In this document: one piece after another, positions 60,104-64,000 of the stretch
Position numbering within the stretch: position 1 is the first letter of the stretch
Layout of the letters: each line of letters begins with the position of its first letter
Assembly (NCBI RefSeq): GCF_001447785.1
Contig: NW_015160223.1
Span: forward strand, 83,959-147,958
Origin: Gekko japonicus
Lineage: Eukaryota
DNA length: 64,000 bases
Direction of reading: 5' to 3'
Notes under the pieces: model-generated
Told to the model about the DNA's origin: nothing
Database searches by the model: none
What the model saw: the letters and a program-made list of their open reading frames with translations, nothing else
Program-made: the position numbers and the translations under genes

Positions 60104-60830
60104 GTAAGACAATGATTTGATTTGGAAATAAAGTGGTTCTGCTTACCATGGGTCTTGTTTCACTAGCACAGTACAGATTTTATTGGTTAGCACCCGATGA
60201 CCTGATGCATAATTTACTGCACTGGCATGGCAGTTCACAGAACTGGACTTAAGTGTCAGCAGTTAAGAATGGTACAAGAGTACAAGCCTTCACACGTGTT
60301 CTGGGATTTAGACCCAACTCAGAATCAACATAAAGTTTGTACATACTTTGCACGGTTCTCTGTGTAGAAATTATTCTGAATTGCTTGTTTTGCTTTAAAA
60401 GCTAGTTGTCCTGTGTTCCTATATTGTGTACCACTTAAACTATAACAATGCAAACTACTGTTGCAGCTAAAACCAGACACATGGAATTGTGCTGCCAATA
60501 ATCTAGCTGCCCAGATAAGGTGACAAGGACCACCACAAGTGTAAATGTTTAAAGCACTGTAAAGAAAGCGTGGGAAGGGCAGAGAGTGAAGATTAGAGAA
60601 GTGTTTGGGATAACCCTTTTTTAAAAAAATGGCTTGAAGATAGTTTACAGTGAAGTTTGTAGAAAATGGAAGGCAGTTCCCTGTTTACCTGCTGGAAGTT
60701 TCTTTCAACGCAGTGGCATTAAGGAGGCCTCAGTTTGTCATTGTGCTAAATGGCAGGTTAAGGGGCAGCACAGAACGCATGAAGAGGCATTTAGAAGGAC
60801 TCCAAACATGATAGCATATAATATTCCTAG

Positions 60831-60961
60831 GATGCCTGGCATACAAGAGTATATCCAACAGCCAATCCTGAATGGCCTGCGAGATAAAGCCTCCTATGTA
60901 AGGAGAGTAGCTGTTCTTGGATGTGCAAAGATGCAGAAGCTCCAAGGGGACGGTGAAGTGG
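60831..60961 (+). CDS. AP4B1: AP4B1 coding exon 3
   Basis: CCTAG|G ATG CCT; [34 protein letters not shown]; donor G|GTAAAT; 131 nt. Confidence 0.96.
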
Positions 60962-61069
60962 GTAAATATCTCTGTTGATAAAGTTAATCTCTATGCAGCA
61001 TTACAACTGCCATCAATATTGCCACTAGCACTCTTTTGTTGGTTTGTAATTGCTCAGGACCAATTATGA

Positions 61070-61179
61070 TGCTTTATAATTGTGTTGTTTTATATGCTTC
61101 TAACACTTCTATGTAAGCCGCCTTGAGCCTTCTCTGGCGGGGAGGGCGGGGTATAAATTGAATAAATAAATAAATAAAT
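61070..61179 (+). mobile_element. Short L2 3'-tail insertion
   Basis: tgtaagccgccttgagcc...gggcggggtataaattg(AATA)n. Confidence 0.75.
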
Positions 61180-61487
61180 ATCCCCTCCCCACCCCCAATC
61201 ACACTGTTCCTGTTGTTACAATACATATAGAAAAGGGAAGTTATTTGCATTTCACCTACATGCTGTGTCATGGTTTTATGGAACTAGATTTTTCTGTTGA
61301 AGTCCCTAAAAATGGGACATCTTTTACTAAAGAGACTTTCCTGGATCTGGTCTACTAAGTGAAACATCTTCTTCTCTACCCCTCCTCCCAGTCATTTCAC
61401 AATTTCTGCAGTCAGCCCACATGTTGTTGTGAAGTCGGTTAATGCTGATTTTTTAATACATGCACACACACCCTCATATACATATAT

Positions 61488-61781
61488 CAGGCATGTCCAA
61501 CTTCAAACAGGTAGTGATCTATTTTTTCCGACCAAAAGTGCCAGTGAGTTTCAAATTAGATTTTAACCCACTAAAGTTGGGTTCCACCGCACGCCCCCCC
61601 CCAATTTATAATGCACCTTCTGTCATTTACTGGTAAGCAAAAATCAAAATACGACCAAACAATCATCAAAAAACCCCAAACACCTGTCCAGCAAACCAGG
61701 AGACCAAGTGGGGCTGGTGATCTACCTCTGACCCCTCTGCGATCTACTGGTAGACCGCAATCTACCTGTTGGACATACCTG
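61488..61781. mobile_element. hAT MITE
   Basis: TIRs CAGGCATGTCCAAC...GTTGGACATACCTG; perfect 8-bp TSD ACATATAT (61480-61487 / 61782-61789). Confidence 0.88.
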
Positions 61782-61850
61782 ACATATATAATTGCTACCT
61801 GCAGGAGTATCTTTCCTGGGCAGATGTTTATTGAGTTAAAGTTCAGGTAG

Positions 61851-62048
<198 letters not shown>

Positions 62049-62088
62049 TGAACACAAAGGATGATGACTCCAGTTCATTTTGTGAGTT

Positions 62089-62363
62089 AGAAGAAGAAGA
62101 AGAAGAGATTGGATTTATACCCCACCCTTCACTCAGAGTCTCAGAGTGTCTTACAATCCCTTCTTCCCCTTCCCCTCCCCACAACGGACACCCTGTGAGG
62201 TAGGTGGGGCTGAGAGAGCTCTGACAGAAACTGCCCTTTTCAAGGACAGCTCTGACAGAACTATGGCTTGCCCAAGGTCACCCAGCAGCTGCAAGTGGAG
62301 GAATGGGGAATCAAACCCAGTTCTCCCAAATTAGAGTCTGCACACTTAACCACTACACCAAAC
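62089..62363 (-). mobile_element. Squam3-like CORE SINE
   Basis: Reverse complement of the 28582-28864 family. Confidence 0.9.
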
Positions 62364-63730
62364 CATCTGCTCAGCAAATTTAACTCTTGATATTGCTATG
62401 CCAATCAACTCTTTCTATTAGAGACCCTCTCCTTTTGGGAAATTCTGTAGTATTGCTGTGGTTTTATGCTGATGTTAAGAGAGAAGAACAAATTATTTGT
62501 TACAACCTACTTTGAGGACCATTCTTTTCAAAAGACAGCAATACATATTTAAAGTAAATTAAATAGATGTGATGGAAGCTTGCTGGTTACTTCAAGTCAG
62601 TCACATGCTGTCAACCTAACCTGCCTTACAGGGATGTTGTGAGGATAAAATGGATGAGGAGAGAACCATGTAATTCACTTTGGGCCCCCAGTGTGGAGAA
62701 AGGCTGGATATAAATTAAGTATTTATAGTAAATACAGTTTGCAAACTGAAATGCCCATGGATTACTCTGGACAAGTTCCAGTCCAAATTGGTTTGGGCCT
62801 GATAAAAATGCATGCTTTTGAATCTACTAGGCCTTGCATTTAATCTTGTGATTGTGGGCACCTTTGGAGTAGTTTCATTTATTCTTGCTATGATTATTTG
62901 TTTAGTCTGCACACTTTCCTCTAAGGTTCTGCAGAGTTTCCTACTCTTAGGTATAATACAGATCTGCTGAGTGATGTGAACAGAGATTTTCAGCCTCTCC
63001 CATTTCATCTCCTACAATTTTGAAGGCAGTTGTGCCTCTTCCAAGATATTAATCCAAGTCCAAGTTATCTTCCTGCAATAATACGAGGCAGCGTTTGGTA
63101 CATTTATTACTGTGGATATTTTCCAGGATATTTTAAAGTATCCTTTGACTATTAAAAATAGATTAAAATTAAATTTAAAGTAGTCTAGCAGAAGGTAGCT
63201 TATTTTTTCTATCCCAGTTCAAGCTATGCTTCTTGTGGATCCTAAATGTTTGAGATCACTTAAAGTTTAAAGATAAGAGAATTTTCACATATCCTTCCTA
63301 GAACTTGTTAGAATTAACATATATCTAGTTCAGAAACAGACCTGAAGATTTCAGGACTTACAAAACGTCTCGTCTGCTGTGGCTGCAGGAGTAAAACCAG
63401 TGTTGTGAAGAATTAGCTTTCTTTCAGATGCTGGTTAATTGACCAGCAGTACAGTCGCAAACAGAGTTACACCCTTCTAATTCCATTGAAGGCAATTGGC
63501 TTAGAAGAGTGTAACTTTGCATTTGGATCACACTGCAGGTCTCTCAACTTCTGTCTCACAGGTCTTCAGTTCTTGTTGTTGTATGTGTTTGGGTCTGCTG
63601 AAGGCATGGGCCTGTGAAATAATTGGCCTGCAACTTGGAGAAACTGTACTGAGGCCTTGCAAGTTTATTTTAAGTAAAACATATGGCAGTTATGGTCACT
63701 GCAGTGATTTTGGTTTTCTCATTTTGGCAG

Positions 63731-64000
63731 GATGCCTGACCTAGATCAGTGGGGCCAGAGCGAGGTATTGACTTTTCTGTTGTGCTACAAGCCCCGTTGT
63801 GAGGAAGAACTCTTTGACATCTTGAATTTACTGGATGGGTATCTCAAGAGCAGCAGCCCCAGTGTAGTGATGGCTGCCACAAAACTCTTTTTAGTGCTGG
63901 CTAAAGATTTTCCACATGTGCAGACAGATGTGCTGGTGAGAGTTAAGGGCCCACTCCTGGCTGCTTGTACCTCTGAGAGTCGGGAACTCTGTTTCACTGC
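63731..64000 (+). CDS. AP4B1: AP4B1 coding exon 5 (runs off window end)
   Basis: TTTGGCAG|G ATG CCT GAC; [17 protein letters not shown]...[12 protein letters not shown]...[10 protein letters not shown]...[21 protein letters not shown]. Confidence 0.96.

Overview
Eukaryotic (vertebrate) genomic DNA from a squamate reptile, most likely a gecko (inferred from the SINE/LINE repertoire: Sauria/Squam1-, Squam2- and Squam3-like SINEs, BovB, CR1, young L2). The window covers the conserved HIPK1-DCLRE1B-AP4B1 block. On the minus strand: the large first coding exon of HIPK1 (7758-8833) with its CpG-island promoter near 13.3-14.9 kb, and the complete 4-coding-exon DCLRE1B/Apollo gene (38684-42605, 558 aa). 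On the plus strand, head-to-head with DCLRE1B: the first five coding exons of AP4B1 (50218-64000). Introns and intergenic DNA are dense with nested transposons: L2, CR1, L1/Tx1, RTEX-like and BovB LINEs, a rearranged Gypsy pair, a Neptune-type Penelope-like element, hAT MITEs with 8-bp TSDs and a probable Helitron. There are four assembly gaps. No novel protein-coding system is supported. The best leads are: a non-canonical TRF2-binding motif in Apollo (YDFSP instead of YxLxP), a tail-swapped composite SINE (Sauria-type head with L2-type tail), a decayed minimal hammerhead ribozyme at the Penelope-like element's 3' end, uORFs in the candidate HIPK1 leader, and an expanded DCLRE1B/AP4B1 promoter region with an extra non-coding DCLRE1B exon.
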